From: Chrysomallon squamiferum
Taxonomy: Eukaryota > Animalia > Mollusca
DNA: 64,000 nucleotides
Assembly: GCA_012295275.1 (NCBI GenBank)
Contig: CM022668.1
Span: 12,524,001-12,588,000, forward strand
Direction of reading: 5' to 3'
Part shown: one piece after another, positions 40,149 through 52,500 of the stretch
Layout: each line of letters opens with the position of its first letter
Numbering within the stretch: the first letter of the stretch is position 1
Notes under the pieces: generated by a model
What the model was told of the DNA's origin: nothing
The model's input: the letters and a program-made list of their open reading frames with translations, nothing else
The model's database searches: none
Program-made: the position numbers and the translations under genes

Positions 40149-40268
40149 TTTCGGCTGTCTGTTCATGCCAGTAGTACAGGTGCATTTTAAATCCTTACTG
40201 TCCCATTCTGACTACCTTGGTTTGTTGTTTGGCCCATGCAGTGCATGCTTGCTTTTTCCATTGTGCAG

Positions 40269-41108
40269 AAAACTGGTACTGCAATACGAGCGCTGGGCCG
40301 CATGGCATCGTTGCAACGCTTGTTAAGTTCCAACCCCAGCAGCAGCAGTGGCAACACCGCCTCTTGTAGTTCGACTGGGAGTAACAGCGCAAGCACTGGT
40401 TCCCTCTCAAGTCTCAACCCGTTTTCATCTCCAATTAACAAGGTACACGAAGATGATGCCGACGCTTCAGAAAAGGCAAAGAGAAGGGAGATAACTCCAG
40501 GAAGCCCCAGCCCCAGACAGGGAAGGGAGATGACTGGGGAAGAAAAAGATGAAAATGTCTTCACCGAACAGTTCTCCAAATCGAGGAAGCCTACTCAGGT
40601 GTCACAAGAATTCGTTAGCAAAAGGGAGATAACCGGTAACGGGGACCATTTTTTCAAAGCGGTGCCAACGGAGAAAAATTCCCAAAGTGAGTCAGGTCAT
40701 AGTTTAGACTGCACTGCCATTTCTGCCGCAGACAAATTGAATCCCACTGCTCAAAAAAACAATGGACACATCACAAACGGATTCGACACCAACTCGAAAA
40801 GTTCAGATTTGCGTCCAAAGTTTGTGAAGAAGATGGTCGACTGCCAGGCATTCAAAGGCGATGTCGTCAGGTTTGACATCAAGGTTGCTGGCAACCCGTG
40901 TCCCTCGATATCGTGGTATCATGAAGATGAGGTGGTAGTCGAGGACCACAGACACATTGTTGAAATCGGTGGGTATGGGCAGTGGTCGCTGATTATTCGC
41001 AAAGTGACCGAGGATGACGATGGAGAGTACACGGCGAAGGCTACTAATTCATGCGGGGAAATTTCCTGTTCTGCCGAGCTTATTATCTGCGGATCAGGAG
41101 CATTCTGA
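40269..41108 (+). CDS. MYLK: MYLK-like last coding exon: calmodulin-binding segment, Ser-rich linker, C-terminal telokin-like Ig domain
   Basis: gtgcag|AAA ACT GGT; spliced ARRKWQ-KTGTAIRALGRM closely matches the smMLCK CaM-binding peptide ARRKWQKTGHAVRAIGRL; PKFVKKMVD...GNPCPSISW...DDDGEYTAKATNSCG; TGA at 41106-41108. Confidence 0.93.
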   Translation, partial: KTGTAIRALGRMASLQRLLSSNPSSSSGNTASCSSTGSNSASTGSLSSLNPFSSPINKVHEDDADASEKAKRREITPGSPSPRQGREMTGEEKDENVFTEQFSKSRKPTQVSQEFVSKREITGNGDHFFKAVPTEKNSQSESGHSLDCTAISAADKLNPTAQKNNGHITNGFDTNSKSSDLRPKFVKKMVDCQAFKGDVVRFDIKVAGNPCPSISWYHEDEVVVEDHRHIVEIGGYGQWSLIIRKVTEDDDGEYTAKATNSCGEISCSAELIICGSGAF

Positions 41109-41441
41109 AGAGTTTTTTTGGGTTTTTTTTGGTAAATCATCCATGCATAAAAAGAAAAATCGGCCAAGTGTGAATTTTGAAAAAAAAATCAATCGGAAGT
41201 TAGATGAAAATTGTGCAGATGTGAATTTAAGATCACTCGAGCATGAATTTTTAAGCCTTTTGAGCGGTTAAAGTGAAATTTGTTCAAGCAGGAATTGAAA
41301 CTATTCCTTGCATGAATTGAAAATCCTCCGAGTGTGAATTGAAAATCGCCCAAGCGTGAACAGAAAACGTCATCCAAAAAGTGAAATGAACAGTTGGTTT
41401 GGTTTTTGTTCATCCCACCGAACATTTTCTAAACAGAATTA

Positions 41442-41472
<31 letters not shown>

Positions 41473-41758
41473 CCAAAAAAAGAAAAGAAATATCTCCAAT
41501 ATACTGACTTGCCAGTCGCCTGGTTTTTATTTTTACCCAATCATGATGCAAATTTTTATTGGTGCTTTGTACTTATGTCTAGGGAGATTAATCAAAATTT
41601 TGTATGTGTTCTCTTCCTTATTATTTTTTCCTTTTTGCTATAATATTTACCTTTTTTTTTTTTAAAGATTTGTCACAATGTACATAAAGTAGAACTGAAA
41701 CAGTTTTACTATATATTTAATTCTTTACGTTTTTAAATAACATATTTATTATTATTAC

Positions 41759-41800
<42 letters not shown>

Positions 41801-42004
41801 CATCATTATTATTATTATTACTATTATTATTATAAGTATTTTTATGGTTTCACTATAGTGAGCTTTTAATATTTATGTATTGATATGTTTTTTGTTGCAG
41901 TTTTATTTTGTTTATCAAATGAAAATGAATTGATTTACAATTTTATGTTGTTCCCATTTTGTATTATTTCTGCAAATGCTCACCATGTAATATATTGCCA
42001 TATT

Positions 42005-42135
42005 TTATAGGAGCCATTTTTTATTCTGTCAAAAATTGTAGGAGCTATTTTTGTTCAGTTACTGATTGTAGGATCCTTTTTTATTCTGTCAGCTATGTAA
42101 GAACCATTTTGTATTCAGTTAAAAATTACAGAAAC
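42005..42135. repeat. 30-bp tandem repeat in the probable MYLK 3' UTR
   Basis: TAGGAGCCATTTTTTATTCTGTCAAAAATTG-like unit, about 4 copies. Confidence 0.7.
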
Positions 42136-43339
42136 CGTTTTAAAATTCCAGATTTTTCAGTTTATCCAAAATTGATTTTAATTTAACTCCTACAATTACA
42201 ATTAAAAAGGCAAATCAATTTAATTATTATTTATGTATAAAAAAAAAAAGGTGAAAACCATCTTATACAGTTCTTTTATTTATTGTTCTTTTTTTTTTTT
42301 TTATTTTATTTTACTACAAATTGCAGGTAAAAAAAAAAATTAAATAAAAAATTAAATAAAGTTTTAAATTATTAAAAAAACAAAAACAATATGCATATTT
42401 TAGAGAATAAAAAGATGGTGAAACTGTTTCTTGTAGGTGATTTTCTTGTACAGTGTATGTTTTTAATGTTTTCTGTGAAACACTCCCAAAATTTAAACTT
42501 TTTTCAGTGGATGGGACCCTTTTGAATCTTTTTCTCATCTGGTGATCTATCTTCAGATTTGAGTCTTTGGAAAAATTACGGTTAAAGGCATCTGACTCAT
42601 TATATGTTGTTTTTTTTAAGGAATTTGAGTCATGAGTTTTTTTTTTTTTTTGTCTTCTGATTCTCTTGAAGAGTCACTTTTAAATGATTCTGAAGACAAA
42701 TTAAAGAAAATGTTTGAGACAAAAAAAGGCTCCCTCTCATTGATTTTTCGTGACCCTCATTTCAGCCCTGATGGGTGTTTCAAGCAAAACATTGAACTAG
42801 AATAAAACAAAACACAGTGTTAACCCACAACTTGTTTATATCCTGACATCAACTGCAATCTGAGTATTGTCAGTTGTAATATTCTTTTTTTTTTTTTTAT
42901 TTTGATGGGTTTTTTTTTTTAATTATATGAAATAACTGAGGTTAAATATTTTGCATGAAGATCTGTATCTGTAGATAGGCAGAAAATTTAATTTTTATGT
43001 TCATATTTTAAAATTTCTATTTTGTTTTTTGTTTTTTTTTCTTTTATATTTTGCTTCATTGGTATTTTTTTAATGTTATTTCTGTAATAATTATGCATAA
43101 TAATGATGTAAATTTGTTGGAGACGTGCAGAATAACAACAATGGAATTTGAATAAGATCATGTATGAAGATACCATGTTTATATCCTCCGTGATATAACT
43201 TGTGTATATCATCTGTGATATAACATGATATGTTAATCAGATTTGTTAAGTGTGATATTTAATATAAATTATTACACAGATAATTTCATTATCTTTAAAT
43301 ATAAAAAAAAAAGGTTTCTTTTAACTTAATTTTCTTACT

Positions 43340-43377
<38 letters not shown>

Positions 43378-43570
43378 TTTTAATTTTTAATTTTATATAC
43401 ATATAATATTATATTTTGTCCAGATTGTCACTTTAGAAATGAACATACACTGTACAGAAACGATAATAAATTTATATTTAACACCAAATCTGTTTTGTTG
43501 TTTTATATACCAACAGTATAGTGATATAAATATTTACCAACAGAGTTATTTCCCTTCTTCATTTCAAATT

Positions 43571-43635
<65 letters not shown>

Positions 43636-45343
43636 ATTCTTTCCCTTCTTTTTTTTTCTGTGGGTCTGCTTTTTAAAAATTACTTCCATGAGATATATCT
43701 ACCACTGGAAACACAGGTAAAAGCACTTTCTGGAATGGGAAAAAATAATGATGAATAACACTTAGCAACATTGATCCTACAGCCATATCATTCATGAAAA
43801 AAGCTTTAATGAATAAAAATTAACAGTTTGGAATTTTTTATTTTTTTTTTTTTTTTTTTTTACCTGATTAAATATACTCAAGGCTAATTAGTTGAAACAA
43901 CCTCGAGACAAAACTTGTTTATGAAGCATTTAAAAAGTGAAAATTAAAATCAAGACTGCAGTATAATGGTTGCCTGCAGCAATGGAGAACAGAAATTTAT
44001 CCGTAATAAAAATTGTGATAAACAGTTTACTGAACACATTTTTTTTTTTTTTTTTAAATCCAATCTGATAAAGCAAAACAAAATCCAAATTTGATGTCTT
44101 ACACAAAAATGTATTCAACAAATATTCAGACAATTTGATTGTCTAAATATATATTATTAGGTATCATCCTAGGATTATTTTAGAACCAGAAAACCACTAA
44201 AATATGATATCCTAAAGTAACTACAGCAATTTGAAGCAAAGTGTGGGTCATATAATTAAAATTTTCAGTTCTCACAGATGAATAATAAGGTAGTATATAT
44301 TTCTATAAAAATTATAGAATCTGTGTATGTGTTTGTGAATGTGTGTGTATTCATACTTCACTTTAAAAGGTTAATTATTCTGATAATATCTATAATTTGT
44401 CACAGTTTGGTACAGTGTTTAAAAATATATATATAAATAAAATAATAATACCTTTCGCATTCCTCATTACAGCTGTTCATTATTGACATCATTGTCCTGT
44501 AAATATTGACTTTGCTAATTTAGACATCTGTGACATAAAAAAAAAGTAAAAAGGAAGTAGATTTAAAATGCATCATTTATATGTAAGCATATAATATTCA
44601 TAATAATAACTATCGATTATAAAACATTTAGAGTGCTGGGTTTTTTTGGGGATCTCATTAAAAGTTATTATTTTTTTCATTTAGACCTTCTTTGTCTTTT
44701 TCTTTTAAGTTACTTTGAATGAGCAAATTAAAGTTAATTATTCAAAATGTGCAACAAAGATGGAACAACTTCGTATGAAATTAAAATATGAAATAATATA
44801 TGAAATTAAAAAAAAGAAAGATTTTTTTTAATAAAAATGTTAATTATTTTATTAATTAGTAAATAGTAGTAGTAGTGACAAAAAAACACTGTTTAGATGT
44901 TATCACTTTAATCTTAATAGAAATGGACAATGCACTTATGCTACTTTTAATCAGCATTTTTCATCAGTATGAGAAATATATCTTTCGTGAATTGAGTTTT
45001 GATAGAAAACAATGAACTGCACATGAAAGGAAGAAGATGTTCGTGGGTTAGCACAGTTTTTGCTTTAATGATCAAGTGATGGACCATAATCAAGAAGACT
45101 TTAAGAATAAAGATTGTTATGAAAGACATACATGTGTATGGACAAATGGTGGATAGAAGAAAGAAATTATAAAAAAATTGTTTAAAAAAAAATAAAAAAA
45201 TATTACCTTATAATGGAGATTGCTCCCTTGGTAAAAACTCCACAATAAACATAAAACAGAAAATTGTCCAGTTTTAAGATTTTAATGCTATACATTTTTC
45301 ACAGGTGTTATTTTAATCAACTTTTTGTGCACATTTTCAGCTG

Positions 45344-46030
45344 TTATTTTCTGTATACATGTTCTTTTACAGATTTGCCACAATTACAATACCAGTCAGA
45401 AAAGAAATTCCAATCTTCAAACATGTCGATATGTTCAAATGTTTTGAGTCTATGTTGTCGTACATCTAACAGCATTTCTTTCGAACTGTGAAATATGATA
45501 TGATCTTTAACATCATCTATTTTAAAACAAATAGCTTCTTCACCAGAAAACTCGTAACTTAATTTTATTCTGTATACTGATGTTTCTGTAACTATCTTTG
45601 TTTTTAACTGTGTATTTATCTCACGGTTTGAAATGCTGTAAAATGAAACATCTTTCACAAGAACAGTATCATGAGTCTGAAAATAATAATGACAGTCTTT
45701 AACATCAAATACAGACTTCAGTTCTTTCTTATGTTGCATCACGTAATCCTTTATGTGTTCACATGAAGCATCATATATCAAGTCGCAGAAATAGTTATCT
45801 TCAACACTGTATTCTTCCATAATGCTATCATCGATAATGGAAGCATGACCAGTGGTCAGTCTTAACTTTTTTTCATCCAAACACATGTTGATAAAATCAC
45901 ATATCGCACAGTCTGCTTTTTCCATGTAATTAACAAATCTGAAATCATAGTTTTCGTCAAATGAATAATCTTCTTTTCTTCTTATTCCAATGCAGCTCAC
46001 TATATATAATGTTTTATTCCAGAAATCCAT
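45344..46030 (-). CDS. Uncharacterised 228-aa protein, single coding exon
   Basis: Long non-repetitive ATG-to-stop ORF in AT-rich DNA; minus-strand acceptor tttcgttcag| 10 nt upstream of the ATG (exon starts 46040); no family recognised. Confidence 0.65.
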   Translation of the reverse strand: MDFWNKTLYIVSCIGIRRKEDYSFDENYDFRFVNYMEKADCAICDFINMCLDEKKLRLTTGHASIIDDSIMEEYSVEDNYFCDLIYDASCEHIKDYVMQHKKELKSVFDVKDCHYYFQTHDTVLVKDVSFYSISNREINTQLKTKIVTETSVYRIKLSYEFSGEEAICFKIDDVKDHIIFHSSKEMLLDVRQHRLKTFEHIDMFEDWNFFSDWYCNCGKSVKEHVYRK

Positions 46031-46343
46031 GATTGTTAACCTGAACGAAATGATGAAAGTGATTTAATTCACACAGGAACATGTAGTATAAAATTTTAAA
46101 AAAGTTCCAAATATATATCAGAACACTAAAAAAAAAAAAAACTATTTCAGGAAATTGTGAAATACATAAGTGGTTTATTTATTTAAAGCGCAGTTTTTTT
46201 CAAAACCATGCAGAGTGGGTTCACATGCCCTTTTATTTTAAACTTTGACCCCCCTCTTGGAAACTCCCCCAGGGTATGCTCTACAAACCATTAATATATA
46301 TATATTTATAACCATACTATGTTTTATATAATAACAAAATAAT

Positions 46344-46386
<43 letters not shown>

Positions 46387-46857
46387 CTATGTATAATAAA
46401 GTTACGTACATACACATGTAGATGCATGTATGCATTATACATACATACGTACACATATGCATAAATATTTTTACTTACATAAATAGAAATGTAAGTACTT
46501 ACATACATGCACATAAAATAAATGCATAAATAATAACTGAGTAGTTTAATGGAGTAGTTATTACCATAATGTATAATAATAAAGACATAAAAACTATATA
46601 AAAAAAAAATGAAAATCTTAATACATGCAGTGTAATATTAAAATAACTGATAACTGTTACAGAGGTGACATGTAATTTAATAATCTTCAGCATTAATCAT
46701 TACATCTGTTGCAATAACATGAGGATTAAGTCTTCATAAATGAGCTATTTTGAAGAATAATAATTATTTTTGAAAAAAAAAAAAAAAAAAAAACCAATAC
46801 ATAGTTCGTTTTTCAACCATTTATTTTCAAAATCAATATATTATATAGCATTCTTAG

Positions 46858-46985
46858 CAGGAGCATAACCAGGTTTGAAAGCTAAGGGGAGCTGGAACAT
46901 AAATTTTTAATTTTTTTAAAAATAGCGAATATTTTTTAAACTCATTTTTCATTCTTATTTTGTATTTAAAATCAGAACACAATTT

Positions 46986-47034
<49 letters not shown>

Positions 47035-47293
47035 TATATATATATAACAAAAACAAAGGGTGTTATTTATTTATTTTAATTTTTAACCTAAGGTGAAAAC
47101 AAAACGAAGTAAAATGTCTGATGCAACTGCAACTAGAACTTTCGTCTAGGCTTCACTACAGCAGTATCTGTTACTTTATTACATTTCACGTCGGTAACTT
47201 ATTGTCTTTCAGTGTGGAGGAAAAGATAACTCCGTCTACACTTGCCCGCAGCCGAGCTAAGGCAGTTCAAAACAATGGGATTTTGGTCGATAA

Positions 47294-47356
<63 letters not shown>

Positions 47357-47503
47357 TTTTTTTTTAAAGTAGCAGCAGCAGAAGAAATAAAATCAATAAA
47401 AAAAAAAAAAAAAATAAAATAAATATAAATATAAATAAAAATAAAATAGAATAAAATAAAATAAAATAAATAAGCTCCCCTTCTCTCATTAGCTACGCCA
47501 CTG
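46858..47503. mobile_element. Possible degenerate MITE
   Basis: Ends CAGGAGCATAACC and GCTACGCCACTG are imperfect inverted repeats; perfect subterminal inverted pair AAGGGGAGCT (46884) / AGCTCCCCTT (47473); no TSD identified. Confidence 0.35.
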
Positions 47504-47989
47504 ATTGTATTGTTCGTATTATTCTTTCCCATAATTAGAAAGATTATATGATAAATAATTATGTAAAAATAATAATAATAATAATAATAATAAAATAAAA
47601 TTAAAAAAAAAAAAAAAAATGATGGGAAAAGAAATTAAAGTTAAACAAAATAATAATAATAATGATGGCAATGACGCGAGAAACAGACGTCACAAATTTT
47701 ATTGTAAAAATCGATAACAAACCCACTACCACCCCCCAAAAAAAACTTCAGTAATAATAATGAGAAGAAGAAGAAAAAAACAAAATAATATCATATTTAC
47801 TTAGTTTATGTGCTTATGTTTAGTTAAGCTAAATCTGGTGACAATCAATGAATTTAAAAAAAAAAAAAAAAGAAGATTATCACGTTTTTTACACGCTTCC
47901 TGTAAATGAAATTAATACATGATTTGGTATTAGCAGAAGGGAAATGGAAAATACAAAAGTGAATATGAAACATCATAACAACATGTGTG

Positions 47990-48061
<72 letters not shown>

Positions 48062-48407
48062 TGTTCATGCGTGTATATCTTGTGTGTGTATGTAGGTACG
48101 TATATATCAATATTTAATACAAAACTCGCTAAGGTTACTTTGACCTCCAGCCCTTATAACAAAGCTTTAGAATAACAAAACAATTAAACAGTTTTTTAAC
48201 GGAGTAAACAATAAAACCCAACATACACACAAACATAAATTTGCAGTGTACGAGATATTAACTAGCAGCAGGCTATATGATCGATCGATAAAAAAAATAT
48301 ATAATAATAAAATAAAAAACAAATTTGTTTTAAAAAATTAAAAATAAATAAATAAAATAATTAAAAGAAAAAGAAATAAAGAAATAGATAAAGGCCTATT
48401 CACTAAC

Positions 48408-48510
48408 ATGTATCTATTGTTGCATATCAACGATTAACAGCGTTGATTGTCTTTGTCAGTAACGGATCCATTGTTTTCAGAAAGGACGCCATTTTAGTGA
48501 AAGATAATAG
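48408..48510 (-). other. Candidate 5' UTR first exon of the 228-aa gene, containing a 21-codon uORF
   Basis: Minus strand AAAATGGCG (YY1-like start motif) at ~48495-48487; donor AT|gttagt at 48408/48407; ATG 48492 reads MASFLKTMDPLLTKTINAVNR*. Confidence 0.35.
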
Positions 48511-49359
48511 ATATAACTGAGAAAATGCCTGCAGTTATCGTAGTTCTTTAATAGCATTACAAAGATTAGCGATATTTTATTATTGTTGCTCTTATCTTTT
48601 TGCTATTTTGTTATTCTTGTTATCGTTACAGCTAGTGTTGTTATTATTATTTCTGTTGTTGTTATTGCTGCTATTATTATTGTCGTTATTTTTGCTATTT
48701 TGGGGTTGTTGGTTGTTGTTATTATGTGTTTATTTATTTTTCATTATTATTAATAATTAAAAATGGCGTTTAACTTCTATCAAAAATACATGACAAATAA
48801 TTCAAGGAGCTAGAGACGAACACAACGAAAATTAACGAATTTAAAAATATACATTAAACGGCAACACACATTTCACATCAGCAATCTACTTAGATCTTTT
48901 ATCCAAAATCTTTATTTATAATTAAACAATAACAAGAAAAACCAGTTAAACAAAAACTGCATTCTTAAAATATTTTATAAATAGGAAAAAAAAAAAAAAA
49001 AAAAAAAAAAAAATTAAAGAAAAAAAAAAAAAAAGAAAAAAAGACGATGAAGAAGAAAACAAAAACGAAGAGGAAAATATTAACGGAATAATTATAAAGT
49101 GATTCACTCCATTTCAGGGTACTAAGTTTCTGTTTAAATCATTATTAACATAAATTTCGTATTCATTTTTGTAACTTTTCGTATTTGCCGCCGTTACACT
49201 GATGCAACCGGCTGCTGGGTGACAATATTTGAGGACGTGCTATAGTACACGTACACAGTAGTTTATTAAAGACTTCCAGATATTTCATTTCGCAACGTGT
49301 ATGTACATTTATATGATACATAGTCACATATGACACAAGTCAACAACATCTTCTGATAC

Positions 49360-49545
49360 TACGGACGCGTGGACGCCTGTTGATATAACCACAGCGACGA
49401 CGGCTTATGCAATCTCGGCGAACGTTTTCATTGGCTGGCTTTCTGGTGTGATCCAAGAGCCCGTGTACCGGTTGGCCCCGAACGAGCATAACGCACCTCT
49501 ATCGGGCGAAGTTGACAGTGGCACGTTCGTGGTGGTTCGTTCTGG
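49360..49545 (+). promoter_or_regulatory. Candidate desaturase promoter with NF-Y and SRE-like elements
   Basis: Most CpG-rich non-coding patch in the window; TTATGCAAT (C/EBP-like, 49405), inverted CCAAT ATTGG (49430), CTGGTGTGAT = ATCACACCAG on the minus strand (SRE-like, 49443); donor-like AGG|gtaatt at 49623 suggests a non-coding exon 1. Confidence 0.5.
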
Positions 49546-52500
49546 ATTAAAAAAAAAAAAGAAGAGAGCATCTAAATGATAGTCAAGCATTTCGAATTTT
49601 CGTGAAAAAAAAATATTCAAAGGGTAATTATGTATTCTGTAATGTAGCAGTTGTGTTATTATTTTTCTTGTTTTGCATTATATCTCTTTTACGATTTCTT
49701 TTGTTACTAGTAAATGTTTTCATCCTTTTAGACTTTTTCTTTTTAATATGTAGATCGCAAAAAAAAAATCAGTGTTTAACACTGACATCTGTTCAGACTA
49801 TAAAAATTGTGATTAATTAGTGATAAATGAAGTCATATATTATTTGCAGTGAAAATCATAAATCATTATTAAGTATTTGTAGCATTTGTCGTGCACTTTT
49901 TCTATGAGTTTGTGTTGATGGTTTTAGTTTAGGAACACGAGTTATCGAGATGTATCTTATTTTCGAAACTCAAACGTGTACCAAAAGGACAATGATGTTA
50001 GTACTAAAAAAATTAATTAGTGGGGAAGGAAATGAAAAAGTTATAATAATTTAAAACATTTTCGAATTTAATGAACTTAAAAATACATAATAAATATTTT
50101 ACTCATAAAACATCGATGAACGTGATGACGTAATGTCATTGACAAAGATGAACATTTTCTGTTTTATTTAATAAGTTGCATTCCTTTTTTTTCTTTTTTA
50201 AAATTATAATTAAGTGGAGAATATTTTTGACATTTGCTTAAAATTATTATCTTTAATATTATGCAGTATCTGCACATTTATTTTAACCTCAAGAGTACTT
50301 ATTTTGATGGTGCAAAACTATAATTATATATAAAAAAATTGTGTTTAAGTTATAGTTAGCTTTATTTTCACTGTCTAAAGCTATTTTATATAAGTATAAA
50401 TATAAAACCAGCATTACCAGACATACAGACATGGTGTTATACAGAAGTATTCAATCTAGACGTGCTTATTCTTCATTTTATTTAATATCTTCTTTTTGCA
50501 CAATAAAATGTATGTAGGTTATTTGTCATGCATCATAAGTATCAGTCACTGAACCATAAGACATTCTGTGAAATAGGTAATGAAATCAACCATGACAGAG
50601 GACAGTGAAAGTTCAGAATTGGTGTGGGTTTTTGCAGTTTGTTGTAGTCAGTGTTCCAGTTTGGTTTTTAACTAACATTTCTAACCTTTGAGCCTCCCAA
50701 TCACCCATACAACACATGTAGCCCATCCCCGATTTATCCCAGGCAAAATGGCTGAAATATGCTATATCCACTATTAGTTAAAAAAAAACACTTAACCATT
50801 TGTGCCTTAGAAATACATTAATTTTCATAAGATAATTAACATAATGCAACAAAAATGGTTCAGTTTATTTATGATTCATAATATAATAAAATTTTAACTC
50901 TTCAAGTCCAAAGGGATAAATTTTTTTTATATTTGATTATGTAACTGATTAAAGAAATGCAATAAAAATAATTAAAGTTTATTTATTTAATAATCTTAAA
51001 GTGTCATGATTACAGAATTTTATTTCGTCTTGTTAAAGGAACGTTGCAGAATAGCACATTTTTTATTTCCCCTTTTTTTATAACCTGTATGAAATTTGTT
51101 TTTTTAAATTACTATTCATAACTTAACCTTCGTAAATAATTTAGTAAAAACTAACTGACAAATATTAATTAGTATAATACAAAAAATCATTAACAATTGC
51201 TGCTGTTTTCTTAACGAAAAGGTTCATAATTATAAAACGTCAATTTTACCAGTTTTATGCAAGCAGTTATATAGTAGTTCAGCAAACTAAACAATATTAA
51301 AGACGTGGTAATATTAATAGGGTAGCCAATGAACGTTTTATTCATTTGACACTGCAAATCATTCTGCATTTTTTCGAGACCACTTCACAGTTCTAAAATA
51401 CATCACATACTTTTGTTGATATGTATTTCACAATGTTAAATTTGAATGTCCCCGATGTTGATATCAAATTAGCTGGTTTTTTATTGTGTCATTGTTATTT
51501 GTGAATGACTCTGGTTTGAGGTATTACTGGACCTCAGTATCAAACCGGTATGATGCTACTATTGCACTAATTACCATTCCAAACACAGCTCTAAAATGAT
51601 CAATCCTAGTTGGTGCTGTTGTCAGGATATTTACTATTCCAACCAAAGCTCTTATATGATAAATCATCCTTGTTGCTGCTTTTAGACTATTGTTCCAAAT
51701 ATCTTTTATATTATAAAACTTCCTTAATGCTGCTATAAGGCTGTTTATTTTTCCAACTAAATCTTTCACATAGTCAGTCTTCCAATCATTCTGTTTGCTA
51801 TTCAAATCAAAACTGTGTGATGAGGCTGTGAAATGAAATTGATATGCATACCTGTTTATGGGAAGGTTTGTACAAAAGATCCTTTGCTGCTAACTGAACA
51901 AATACTTGGGTGAAAAAATCCAATAATAATCTCCTGAACGCTGGTTTTATCTTGTTGTTTATGTTAATTTAACTAATTGTACCACAACTTGACTGAAGAT
52001 CATTAATAACATTCTTTATTGAATTGCATTTAGTAATGAGCAGAGGGCCATGAAAGTTGTGCATGAACTTTAGACAAGAAATACATCAATAACTTTAATG
52101 TTCTATGTGCTAAACTTTCCCGTTGATCTTGCTGAATATTCTCACAAATTGATTATCAATATTTTTTTCTTCACTTTTTGAAGGTCAGATGACAAGTTAG
52201 AGAACATTAGCTTATCATAAATGACATTTTAAAAGCATTAATATTTGAAAGTTGAAAGCAGTGTAATAAATATAAGCATTAAAATAAGATGTTAATATGA
52301 TATTAACCTTCTGAATATTATAGATACAGATATATATAAAGATATTTGTAAATAAAAAAAAAAATTATTTGTGAAAATTCATGATGTATGTCTTGCATTA
52401 TGGCAAGGAATATGGAACAGTTTTAGAAGTGATGAACAATTTTTAAAAATCCATATTTTCTTTTTCCATGCAAATTAAACAATATCGACAATGGGATTTG

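Noticed and set aside
50690-50800. SINE-like 3' tail (AAAATGGCTGAAATATGCT...AAAAACACTTAACC)
   Set aside because: Too short and degenerate; no A/B boxes or TSD identifiable without a repeat library
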